Below are positions 53,300 through 64,000 of a DNA stretch of 64,000 nt, in pieces. Positions within the stretch are counted from its first letter, which is position 1. Each line of letters starts with the position of its first letter. The stretch is taken from positions 109,553 to 173,552 of the forward strand of contig NIVC01002438.1 in the NCBI GenBank assembly GCA_002269645.1, given 5' to 3'. A program made the translations under genes and the position numbers. Below the pieces are notes generated by a model that saw only the letters and a program-made list of their open reading frames with translations, searched no databases and was not told the origin of the DNA. The DNA is from Macrostomum lignano. Its lineage: Eukaryota.

Positions 53300-54700
53300 T
53301 CAGCCCTTACAACTCTATAATATTACTATAAAGTAGTTAGGCTTGGAAGTAAAGGCTTCTTTTGTTTTCATTCTCTTGTTTTGCCAAGTTGTGAGGCCTC
53401 CGACTAACATTTCGCAGCTCCATCTTCAGCTGCTTAGGGTGCAGCCACTGTGTTGTCGGTTAGGTGAATATTTCATGTCCAGGTAGTTGGCTGTGAGAGG
53501 CCTTTTTTGTTTGATTCTCTTCGTAACCATGAAGGATGCAAGCGTAACAAAAGGGGAAATTTAGTGATGCATTGAAGAGGGGCCATTCTTTAAGTCTATT
53601 GTTAATTCATGACGCTTCATTCAAAACCAGAAATTGCAGTAAGACTGGAAAGATTTTCTTTAATTGGCTGTGTTAGTAATGCAGCACTCTACTTGAATTG
53701 GTTTAGTCTGAGTTGCTAGGAGTAAAAGAAAGAGGCATTGGGATATTTGAATAAATGCCCCATTAATTTTTTCATGTCCATTTTAAGAGCTGCTAATGCT
53801 ACCTCTCTGGACCAGTAAATGCCCCATGGATAAGAAAAAATTAGTCAGTATATTTAGGTATGAAAGCTTTCGTGTTTTAAGCTATTTTTTTTTAATGTAG
53901 CCTTAAACTTTTGCCACGAAAAATCGCCTGAAAGAGCTGAAGAGTCTCGTGTCCTTGGATAAGAATTGCCATATACTACAAATAAAAAATCAATATTTTC
54001 AAGTATACCTGCGGTATTGAGAAATTTGAGGTAGGGAATAGTGGTTTTTTTAAGTCCCATGAAGCATATTTACTGTAATACGGAAATATCTGCACATTTA
54101 GGTGTCTGGTTTTATATGAGGGTTTTTATACTCAGCTACTCATAGTAGCCATATAATTTTCCCACTCGTACTTTGAGGAATTCATCGCAGGATAAATTAA
54201 TCATGATTTTTGTAGATGAGATTAGTAGCTGAATTAATTGAATAGAGCATTGCAAAGTAGGTAAAGTAAGTGAAAAATGAGTTATTGCAGATCATTGCTG
54301 ATGCATGTACCGTATTGAAGAGTAAAAAAGCTCATTTGTGTTGTATGATGACATTCACCGTCACTGTACATTAGTCGATTCGTAAAACTTCGATGTTGGT
54401 ATATAATTAGTATGTTTGGATGCACACTAAAGGTGACTACATGTACGATATCTCTTGCTAAATTAGACACCAAAGAGTCGCTACTGGCTTTGCTCAATAA
54501 TCTTTCTCATAAGCCTTTTGTCTTGTTTGTCTTTATTATCAAGCATACAAAATCACCTCAACGGTACTTCAGCTGCACACTCCTTAATCCTTCATTGCTT
54601 TCATTGCCTATCCCTACTGCAGAAGTGCTTCACATTTCCTTTCAAATGTACAGCTTCGACTTGAAGACAAAAATTCCTTAACAATGTTGAGATCTTCTAC
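53300..54700 (-). mobile_element. Highly degenerate Penelope-like retroelement remnant
   Basis: Scattered minus-strand peptides resembling the Penelope RT C-terminus and linker (FPYYSKY, LENIDFLFVVYGNSYP, SYPWGIYWS, RLHPSW), with many stops and frameshifts. Confidence 0.35.
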
Positions 54701-55010
54701 GATTGAAGAGCTACGAGTAGCTGACGTTCTTAAAGCTTTTATTTGAAGTTCTGAGCTCTTGTTAGTTAAGCCCCTTTAAAAATGCATGCGCGTAAGTTGT
54801 GCTGCCCGATCAAGAGCATTTAAGGTGTTCCCGATTTCTCGATTCTCAGCAACCCATCAAATGTTTTAGCCCCTTGAAGAATTAAAGCTCACTTAGAAGC
54901 ATTATCATCCTAAGAGCATATTCTTTGCTTCCGAAGAAAATATTATGCATTTTCATTTCACAGTTCTACTCTTAGTAGTAGAACCGCACATTAATAGTGC
55001 AAGTCCAAAG

Positions 55011-55020
55011 CCTATAAAAG
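55011..55020 (+). promoter_or_regulatory. TATA box of WSC paralog 3
   Basis: CCTATAAAAG about 50 bp upstream of the ATG at 55065. Confidence 0.45.
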
Positions 55021-55064
55021 TCTAAAATCAGGCGTCGCTTCCTCTCGCATCTTGCTAAGCCACA

Positions 55065-58000
55065 ATGCCAGCTATTCTTCTCAAAGCGGCCGCTTTAGCC
55101 CTATCTTTTCTGCTCCTAGCAGAGAGGAGTCTGTCAGGCAGGCTGCACAGCCGCAGCTACCTCGGCTGCTACTCTGACGGCAGTTCGCCACGCGATCTGC
55201 CCGGACTGAAGGGAGTCACTTTGCTAAAAAGCTTCTCCGTGCATTCGAATGCTCACTGCGTCATTCTGTCTTCTTCAATGACTCTGGAGCTCTGCGGCGA
55301 CATCTGCTCTCTGGGAGGCTTTCCTTACATGGGCATTCAAGGGGGCCGGGAGTGCTACTGCGGCTGGAGCTACGGCAGTCGAGGCCTGGCAACATGCGGC
55401 TCATCCTGTACTGGGAACTCTTCCCAAGAGTGCGGCGGCGCGTGGGCCAACTCTGTCTACGAGTTGAAATATGAATGTGAGCCACTTCGGTACTCTTAGA
55501 GCCCTATAGACCATAGGTCACATGCGACCCGCAAAGCCTCTCTATCCGGCCCTCGGGTCCTTTAAAACTTCACAATAGCAATCCGGTCCATAGGTTTGTC
55601 TCTCACCTCTCTCTTCTCAGCTCTCTTCTCTCACCTCTCTCTTCTCAGCTCTCTTCTCTCACCTCTCTCTTCTCAGCTCTCTTCTCTCACCTCTCTCTTC
55701 TCAACTCTCCTCCTCACCTCCCTCTTCTCAGCTCTCTTCTCTCACCTCTCTCTTCTCAGGTCTCTATTCTCATCTCATCTTCTCTCCTCTCCTCTCTCTT
55801 TTCTCAACTTTTCCTCTCCCTTCCCTTCTCTCTCCTCTCTTTCTCTCCTCTCCTTTCCTACTTCATCTCCCTCTCCCTCCCCTCTCTCCTCTCCTATTTG
55901 ATCTCTCCACCCCATTGCCTCCTCTCTTCTCCTTTATTCCCTTTATTTATTATTATTGTGCTATAGACACAACCATAGTGTTAACTACAGACACGACATA
56001 TTTAGCTACCAAATCTAAACTAAAGACTATTTAATGTCTTAAATGAATAATAATAATAATGAATAATAAAGAGAGGGGGTGGAGTGCGCGACTGAGGAAA
56101 GAGGCGAGAACGGAGAGCCAATCAGAATGCAGTCAAGGGAGAGAGAGATAAGAATAACAAGATTGAGCTAGACAGAGAGAGAGAGAAAACGGAGTAAACA
56201 GAGACAAGTGAAGGTGAACTAAGAAATGACTAGGAAAGTCGCGACACTCCCCCAATTTGAATTTTCGAGTACCAATAGAAATTTGAATTAGAGTTCAAGA
56301 AACAACTTTAAAGCAAATTTAACAATGGTGTACAAATACGACTAAGAATTTCAATACAAAACCTGTGGAGACTAGAGTGAATGCAAATTTGACCAAGAAA
56401 TTTCACGTGTGCGATTTTAATGAATAAATTGTTACGAGTATAACCAATGAAAAAACTGAAATAAGGCGCTTTTACCCTCCCGTTAATTTAAAAAATTAAA
56501 TTAATTTAATTTTTTACATTGTGAAAGAAAAAATTGAATGACGAATTAACGAGGCGATCCGGCAGGCGATGAGCGAAGAGACGATCCGGCAGGCGAGCCC
56601 TGAGGCGCCCCGGCCGAGAATTTGAACCGAGAGAGACCGAGGACACCGCAGGTCGCAGGACGCACCTCCGGCAGACGATGAGTGAAGAGAGTCGAGACGA
56701 TCCGGCAGGCGAGCCCCGCGGCGCCCCGGCCGAGAATTTGAACCGAGAGAGACCGAGGACACCGCAGGACGCACCCCCGGCAGACGATGAGGGAAGAGAG
56801 TCGAGACGATCCGGCAGGCGAGCCCCGCGGCGCCCCGGCCGAGAATTTGAACCGAGAGAGACCGAGGACACCGCAGGACGCAGCCCCGGCAGACGATGAG
56901 CGACGACTACATGTAGATGGAGCACCGGCAGACAGTCGAGACGAGATGAGATGGGATGAGACTGCTCCGGCCGACAGTTGACGAGATGGGAGGGCGCAGT
57001 CGACGAACGATGAGACGAGGAGACTGGTGGAGGGCTACGACGATGGCATGGCCTTTGCCAGCCTTACTGAATTGACTTATAATGACTAAATTATTTTACA
57101 TTGGGCGCCATGTAGAAAAAATACTAAACTAAAGACTATTTAATTGGAGTTAAATTGAAGGAGCAGGAGGAGCAGTCGCGACTTTCCTAGTCATTTCTTA
57201 ATTCACCTTCACTTGTCTCTGTTTACTCCGTTTTCTCTCTCTGTCTAGCTCAATCTTGTTATTCTTATCTCTCTCTCCCTTGCTGCATTCTGATTGGCTC
57301 TCCGTTCTCGTCTCTTTCCTCAGTCGCGCACTCCACCCCCTCTCTTTATTATTCTGGGCTCAACCCCCCAAAGTTAAATGTTCTATAAATATATCGGTTT
57401 GGGCCCTGCGCCCACTTACTGCTCCTCCTGCTCCTTCAATTTAACTCCAATTAAATAGTCTGTAGTCTTTAGTTAAGTATTTTTTCTACAATGCTTATTT
57501 GCCTAAAGTTTATTTTTCCTTTATGATCTCTTTCTTAGGTAGATTATTGACAATCGGCATCTATAGAATTCGTATCTTTAGTGTCAATATTTAATAACAA
57601 TCGACTCGGAAAATGATTTCATAGCTGTCGCTCTGCTGCTGTAATTATTTTGCCAGTCCTATCAGATCTTATTCAGAATAGGAAGACAATTGCAACAGAC
57701 AAAGTTGCAATAGACTTTACGCTAGGCAAACAGAAGTATGACGGGCTCGCATGTGTATTACAGCAGTTAAGCCCTGAATATTCATAATTTAAGAGCTTAA
57801 GGCAATATGATGCATTAATTGAGTTTGCCTGCGGGGTAGACTGCAACACTGGTTAGGCCAACTGGTGGGGTTTTCCTAGGTAGCTAATTAGGCTCCCCAC
57901 TACAGCTCCTGTTTGAATCCGTATTTCCATCGTTCATCTCTTTTCTATGCTTCTTTTCAAAAGAGTTTTCTACTTCTTTCTGTTTTATTTCCAGTCTCGG

Positions 58001-58224
58001 ACTTCTTCAAGCGATCCAGCCGAGAGTACGTCTCCGTGCTGAGCTCCGTCTCTGCCTACTGGAATGCCAATGCCAGCAGCCCAGCAAACTGTCTGTTGCT
58101 ATGCAAATCCGACTGTCAATCTGTTCTGTTTAACGAGAACCTGCAGCTGTGTAGTCTGATGAAGTTCGCCCTCGTGCCGACACCTCTGGCCAGCGTGGAT
58201 GGCGATTTCTACGTTCGATATTGA
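55065..58224 (+). CDS. Secreted WSC + PAN/apple-like protein, paralog 3. Exons 55065-55476, 57995-58224; 213 aa
   Basis: Same architecture. Donor GAA T|GTGAGC and acceptor TTTCCAG|TC. Exon 2 is again exactly 230 nt and ends DGDFYVRY. Confidence 0.85.
55510..55942. mobile_element. hAT/Charlie-like MITE (CT-rich), right end lost, in the paralog 3 intron
   Basis: GGTCACATGCGACCCGCAAAGCCTCTC..GGCCCTCGGGTCCTTT matches the reverse complement of 16220-16272. The internal part is shared with 52380-52662. Confidence 0.7.
56000..57490 (-). mobile_element. Non-autonomous LTR retroelement (TRIM/LARD-like) plus an inverted LTR copy
   Basis: Minus strand: LTR end ..TTTTTCTACA (57111), then PBS TGGCGCCCAATGT (57110-57098), ~850 bp non-coding interior, PPT GGGGGAG (56253-56247), then LTR start TGTCGCGAC (56246). 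A full LTR copy lies in + orientation at 57174-57490. Confidence 0.75.
56545..56990. repeat. GC-rich ~108-bp tandem repeat inside the LTR element
   Basis: GACGATCCGGCAGGCGAGCCC..GAGAATTTGAACCGAGAGAGACCGAGGACACCGCAGG at ~56580, 56695 and 56803. Confidence 0.9.
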
Positions 58225-59643
58225 ATGAAATCGATGGCCAAAGAGCCGCGACGAGTTAAAGTACCTGACGAGATACCTTTTAGCCCAGAGTATATTAAAA
58301 TAGCTTCAGTGTAGCTACTCAGAAAATTCAGAAAAAAATTGTGTTCAAGCGATTTTAAGTTTTTATCAACTGCCTGGATTCAAAATCTTATTACAAATTG
58401 TTTTAGAAATCTTGAAGTCTTCAGCACCTAATCAAAAAGCTCTTGCTATAAATGGCTGAGTATGCATGGGCTTTGGTTTAAACTGTAACAACATTAAATC
58501 TGTTTTCTTCTCTAGACTTGTTTTTATCATAGAAACTATCATGAATTTGAATTGGTCCCATAAATGAACCTACTAAAATTAACTAAATATGTCTCTGTCA
58601 AGCCCAAAGATACAATTCTTTTTTCTCTATCTCGTTCTTTTGTTTGCGTACATCGTCTCAAAAATAGATCGTCTGAAAAAAATAAAATATCAAAAAAGTA
58701 TAACTTTCCTTTCTCGATCGCACAGCCGTAGACGAGCCGTCACATCTTTTTATTAAATTTCACCAAAATTATTTAAAAGGAAATCGACTGCAAGTTAATG
58801 CTATCTCCAAAATTCTTGACAAAAATGCATAAGTCAAATCGTAAATTTGACGGTAGAGTTTTTGGGCCCGTTCTATAACGCTTGCGTATCCTTAAATTCG
58901 AACTTACGTTGGCGCCATGATGTAAAATTTTCGGTGAAATCATCAGTTAAGACGTCTTTCATAGATTTAATAAGCTTCTGAGGCAGGGTTGTACATGTAT
59001 AAATAACCTAATCATTCTACTTATAGTAATTAACCATGTGCATTGTATCCCAACCAATCAGCAAATTTCTCCCCTTTTGTTTTAATTTATTGTATAATTT
59101 TGTTCTAAAACGTTATTTTGTTATAAATTCCATTGTTTTTTTGTTTAAACGTATGTTGCTCACCCTCCTCCTCTTGTAAATTACTATATTAGGAAGCAGT
59201 TTAGGCTGGAAAAATAAATAACTTGTTCTCTGGTACTGCTTAATAACTCTTAGAATTTGAAGTTCAAAAGTTCAAAATTTCAAAAGTTTAAAAGTTCAAA
59301 AGTTCAAAAACTTCCGCTAAGACTTGTTTCGCTATTTCTTTACTGAATAGGGAGAACTAAAGGTCGTGGAGACCCAGGACTAGGAGTCAGGATACAGAGA
59401 ACTTAAAGGTCGTGAAGACCCAGAACAGGAGAATAAAAGGGGAGATTTAAGGTCGTGCAGACCCCAAGAAAGCCGTGCAGGCTGATAAAACTTATTAGGC
59501 GCTAAGAAATTAGGCATTAGGGGAATAAATTCGCTACCGCTGGACACGCTTGATCCTCGGAAAACGCAGACATTTCGAATTGAATAAGAAAAAAAACAGT
59601 GTCTTACCGCTGGGGCACTACACGCTATCACGAGGTTTCTAGG

Positions 59644-60430
59644 TGTGACGTTGCTAGTTTAAGTGGTCCCGCAAAAGGGCCGTTGGACTATAGTTTCCCT
59701 TACAATTTCTCATTTTAATTTCTCCAATAGTTTATTTTAACGTTTACTTGTAGTAGCGTGCAAATAATCTGTATCAACTGCTAATTCACTGTGTATTTGG
59801 TAGGCCTTGCGCTCGTCTGTGAATTTTGGCACGATCGATAATTTCAAGTTCTCTCGCCAGCCAATGAAAAATCTCCGCGTGTATATTGCTAGCCCTCTGC
59901 GCTCTTTATTAACCCCCGCCTGGCGGCGGGCTCCTCACTTCTCCTCCGGCCTTCTGTCTGCCTCCCTTCTCTCGCCTGCCTTCTGTCTCGAGCCTCCTTA
60001 TCTCTCGCCACGGCTCCTCTGTCTGGCCCAGCCTGTTTACACTGCCTGCCACTGTCTGCCACGGCTAACGCCAATCTCACCACTACGCATCTGCCTCTGC
60101 TGTGCTCATCGCCGTTACTCACCACGTTGCATCGCCTTGCATCACTCGCCTGCCACTTGACTGCAATTTCTAACTCACCTTCAATTCAAAACCATTGTTG
60201 CAGCCGCCAGTGTCCCAAAGCGCAATAAGTTCTGTATTGACATTAACCAATTTGAATATTGATCTCAACAATAAATTAACTACGGCAGTTCCCTGCCTTG
60301 TACGCCAAGTGCTCCGCTACACAATCCGCTTCTCAAGAATTGACTCGATTCATTTTGGGACTACGTCTTACGACAACTCTCGTAAAACGGCCCTTCTAAG
60401 GGTCATAGCCTCTACGCCAATAACGTGACA
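59644..60430. mobile_element. Solo LTR
   Basis: TGTGACGTT...AACGTGACA termini with 5-bp TSD CTAGG. Homologous along its length to 62155-63025. Confidence 0.85.
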
Positions 60431-60819
60431 CTAGGAAATCACGTGAATTAGGGATTTCTAGGAAAAATCGTAGCTCGAAACAGACAACGCTATTGGAAGT
60501 AGACAATTCAGTGATAGTTTAATAAGATAAAGCAGTTAGGCCTAGCACAATTTGGAGAATAAATAGCGAGATTTCAACGGGGAATCACAAGGTCTACTAC
60601 ACTTCTTAAATCATTGCGCAAGCGTAAATTTGCGTTCGGTGAAACTTTCGTAAGTCACTTCGGCTTGTTAAGTCCCGCCGTAAATCTAAGACAGGTCGGA
60701 CCTGTCGTAAGTCACTCTTTAGTTGTAAAAATGCACAGCGCCGAATTCATTCAGTCAAAAACTTCGCATTTTACTGTATATTTCGAGTGAATTTAAAGAC
60801 TGAAAATATCAAACACTAG

Positions 60820-61700
60820 CGAAAATTGTTAGTTTGAATTTTAAATAGCAGAAAACACCAATTGTGTTTAAGTCAGTCACGGTAGGAGTAGCTTCATTAT
60901 CCGCTACCTTTCTGTTCGACCAGCAGCGGTGTCTTCAGCCAGTGCGGCTTCATTTTCAGAAGTTGCTTCCATGGCTAGCGGCTGATGTTCAGGTGGAAGA
61001 GGAATGGCTCTGGCTGTGGAGCACGCAGCATGCAACAATGATGTTGCACACTTTACTCGGATTGAACTGTAAAGCTCCTCCGCTGTGATCAAGGCATCGA
61101 AATCTCGCTTTCAAAACACCGAACGCCCTCTTGATTGGCACGCGCGTTTTGCTCAGTCGCCGGTTGAAATTTTGCTAGGAATTCGTCTGTGGATCTTTAA
61201 ATGGCGTCATCAGAAACGGTCGGAGTGGGTAGCCCGCATCTCCAACTAAAAAGCCAGCGACCGTCCCATCCGCGAGGATATATTTTAGTGCAGATTGTTG
61301 AAAAATGGAGTCGTGGCTACTGCCAGGCCACGTTTGTAAATGCGAGATTGGCACTACATACGGCCTGAACATTGATCGAGTGAAATCCCTTTCTACGAGC
61401 GTATTAATGAAGATTCCACCGTCATCGGTACTTTATGTCCCCATACTCTGAGACTGGCTGACCGCCTTATCAAGCCGACCTGATAACTGCTCCTCAAATA
61501 TACATTCGTGTCGCAACCCGGGTCGGTTTGGGTGCCCAGTCCCGAGTACAATATGTTTTACGTAATATAACAGGCGTAGTGACGCTCTGTCTGTACTTTT
61601 ATGGATACGAGCAGGCGTGACGACGCTCTGCAATAATAGTTCGATCCCTTTGGTGTTGTGACACTCAGAGTTCACGCTGCGGCTCGAGGTGGTGTGACAC
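60820..61700 (-). pseudogene. Harbinger/PIF transposase (HARBI1-like), disrupted and internally deleted
   Basis: WPGSSHDS, LVGDAGYPLRPFLMTP, then an in-frame stop, then NFNRRLSKTRVPIKRAFGVLKARFRCL..CNIIVACCVLH. Confidence 0.85.
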
Positions 61701-62154
61701 TCTCAAGTGCTTCTAGTTTCGATACTGTAGGTTGCACACACTATATAAAGTAACCGGTACAGTACTACAATAATACACAATATACAACGCTGCTGTGCTG
61801 CAGTGGTCACAGTCACAGGCGTGAAGACGCTCTAGCAATGGAACCACTGCTACGGCAAGGCCTCGGAAAAGCTGAAAAGCGAATGAACTCGGTGTCTTAC
61901 CGGTGCCAGAAGCTGTGAGGCTCGTTCGAATATCGTCACCACTTGACTGCTTTATTTTGCTCGCAATAAATTGAGTCTTCGCAGAAAGAGACCGTCGATA
62001 CGGCTCGTTTGAGTATCGCTAGTTTAGTTTGAAGAGCTAGGCGCGGGGCGCAACGCGGGGAGCGGGCTGGGCCAGGCATGAGCACTATTTACCACATAAA
62101 CAGGGTAGAGGGGCCGACAGCGAGAGAGAGAGAGAAACGCCAAACATAAGAAAT

Positions 62155-63025
62155 TGTGACGTTGCTGTTTAAATGGTCCCGCAAAAGGGCCGTTGGACTA
62201 CAATTTCCCTTACAATTTCTCATTTAAAATTTCCAATTGTGTATTCTCACGTTTACTTGTAGTAGCGCGCAACTAATCTGTACCAATTGCTAAATCACTG
62301 CGTACTTTGTAAACCTTGCGTACGCCTGTAGGGTCTCGCGCGATCGATAATTTCTGTTTCTTGTTTTCCCGCGCCAGCCAATGATAACTCTCCGCATATA
62401 TTATGTTAACCCTCCTGCGCTCCTTTATTAACCCGCCTGGCGGCGGGCTGGGGTTTTTTCCCCCCCTTCTGGCCTTTCGTTCGTCGCCTTCCTTCGTTCT
62501 GGCGATCCTTCGTGGCCTCTTGTTTTCCTTCTCTCTCCTGTCTGCCTCGTGCCTTCTTATCTCTCGCCACGGCCCCCTCTGTCTGGGCCAGACTGTCTAC
62601 GCACTCTTGCTCCACTGTTTACTGCCGCGGGCTAACGCCCAATCTCACCACTACTTGTCTGCCTGTCTACTTGCTACTCACTGCCATTACTGTGCTCACC
62701 GCCATCACTTACCACGCTGCGTCGCCACTGCCTCTTTTGTCAACTGCTTGACTTCATAACTCCAATTACATTCAAAACCATTGTTGCAGCCGCCAGTGCC
62801 CCAGAACGCTATAAGTTTTGTATTGACATTAATCAATTATCATATAAATAACGACAATAAATTAGCTTACGGCAGTCCCCTGCCTTTATACGCCAAGTGC
62901 TCCGCTACACAATCCGCTTCGCAAGAATTGACTTCGAAATTACTTTTGGACTACAACGACTTCACGACAATTCTCGTCAAAACGGCCCTTTTGAGGGTTG
63001 TAGTCACCACGCCAATAACGTGACA
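62155..63025. mobile_element. Solo LTR inserted between the two Harbinger genes
   Basis: TGTGACGTT...AACGTGACA termini with 4-bp flanking duplication AAAT. Confidence 0.8.
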
Positions 63026-63379
63026 AAATGACCTCTCAGCCAATCAGCGCGCCCGCCGAGCAGATCCGACTGAATGGGGCTAGAAAAGAAAAACACAAAA
63101 ACGCAAGCCCAGCCAACCAGTGGCCGCCGCGGGGAAAGACTCAAGCTGGCGAGCACCCCCCCCCCCAACCAGCCAGAACTGTTCTGGCGATGGCCGCCTA
63201 GGGCGCACGCAGAAGCAACACAAAAAGTGCAAGAGAACTCCACCGGCCAGACACCACATTCGCATCATATAATTGATCTTGCCGCCAAAGCGTTTCAAGC
63301 AGCCTTGACCAATCGATATTTAAGTTGAGTGGCAATTATAAAGATAGCATACAACAGCATAAAGAGAAGCTGATACTTG

Positions 63380-64000
63380 GAATGCAATCAATTCTAACGC
63401 AGCACAAAAACGCGCGGCGAACTGGTCTACGGCGGAACTCGAGACGCTGCAAGAAGCAACGACCGAGCGGAGAGGTTACCGGGAGAGCCCCGCAAACACT
63501 GCCGAAGCGAATTTTCGCAAAAAACGCGGATGGCAGCAAATTTCCGATATCGTGAATGCAGTCGGTGGACAAGGACGTTCTGGAGAGAACTGCCGAAAGC
63601 GGTGGTCCGACTTCAAAAGTCAACTGAAGCACAAAGTAGCCAGCATTCGCAAGGAGCAAGCTAAGACAGGAGGCGGTCCATCACAGGCCCCACAGCTGTC
63701 GAGTTTAGAGAAGAAGGCGGTGCAGTCCATCCGAAAACAGGTCGTGAAAGGCGCGAGCCACGTGGTGTTAACACACTGCAGCTGCCTAAATCCAATAGTG
63801 CATCATCAAGCTCGGCGGCCAGGTACATTGATATCGCAAGTGCGCCTGCTGATAAATCTGTCGGAGCAGTTGGCAGAAGCGCATCGCCTGAGTACGAGAC
63901 AGCTGACGACGAAGAAGTGAAGAGTCTGTTGCCAACGCCGCTGCTAAGAACACGAAGCGTCGGCCAGAGCAAAGCAAACTTGGGCTGATAGAAAGCTTGG
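63380..64000 (+). pseudogene. Harbinger Myb/SANT-like DNA-binding gene (frameshifted; runs off the window)
   Basis: KRAANWSTAELETL.., WQQISDIVNAVGGQGRSGENCRKRWSDFKSQLK..RKEQAKTGGGP, divergent from the transposase. Confidence 0.8.

Noticed and set aside
53395-53432. Minus-strand CTGAAGA..GAAA hammerhead in the Penelope-like remnant
   Set aside because: Stem II has one pair and stem I cannot be formed.

Overview
Eukaryotic (animal) genomic DNA with GC-rich spliced exons and AT-rich, transposon-filled introns and intergenic regions. The gene style resembles a free-living flatworm such as Macrostomum, but this is an inference; no taxon can be proven from the window. Left part: three co-oriented minus-strand housekeeping genes (DNAJC25, PAM16, FARSB running off the window edge), and head-to-head with DNAJC25 a 5-exon coclaurine-N-methyltransferase-like (CFA/CMAS family) SAM methyltransferase. 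Middle (19967-40637): one ~20.7 kb DNA-transposon shell with matching 22-bp TIRs and a 2-bp TSD. It contains two more CCC-terminal elements, a MULE MITE, a hAT MITE, a SINE, an RT-only LINE and a nearly complete APE-RT-RNaseH LINE with a TAATG stop-start junction. Right part: a 5-exon ankyrin-repeat + MAP3K-like kinase gene; a tandem array of three 2-exon genes for small secreted WSC + PAN/apple-like proteins, each with a conserved extra cysteine; a non-autonomous LTR element; two solo LTRs; and a decayed Harbinger (transposase + Myb/SANT gene). The strongest candidates for new biology are the WSC-PAN secreted triplet, a PAM16 gene lacking a contiguous start codon (possible spliced-leader-donated AUG), the CNMT-like methyltransferase, the ankyrin-kinase and the nested transposon island. 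All exon models were built by eye from splice signals and reading-frame continuity and lack transcript support.
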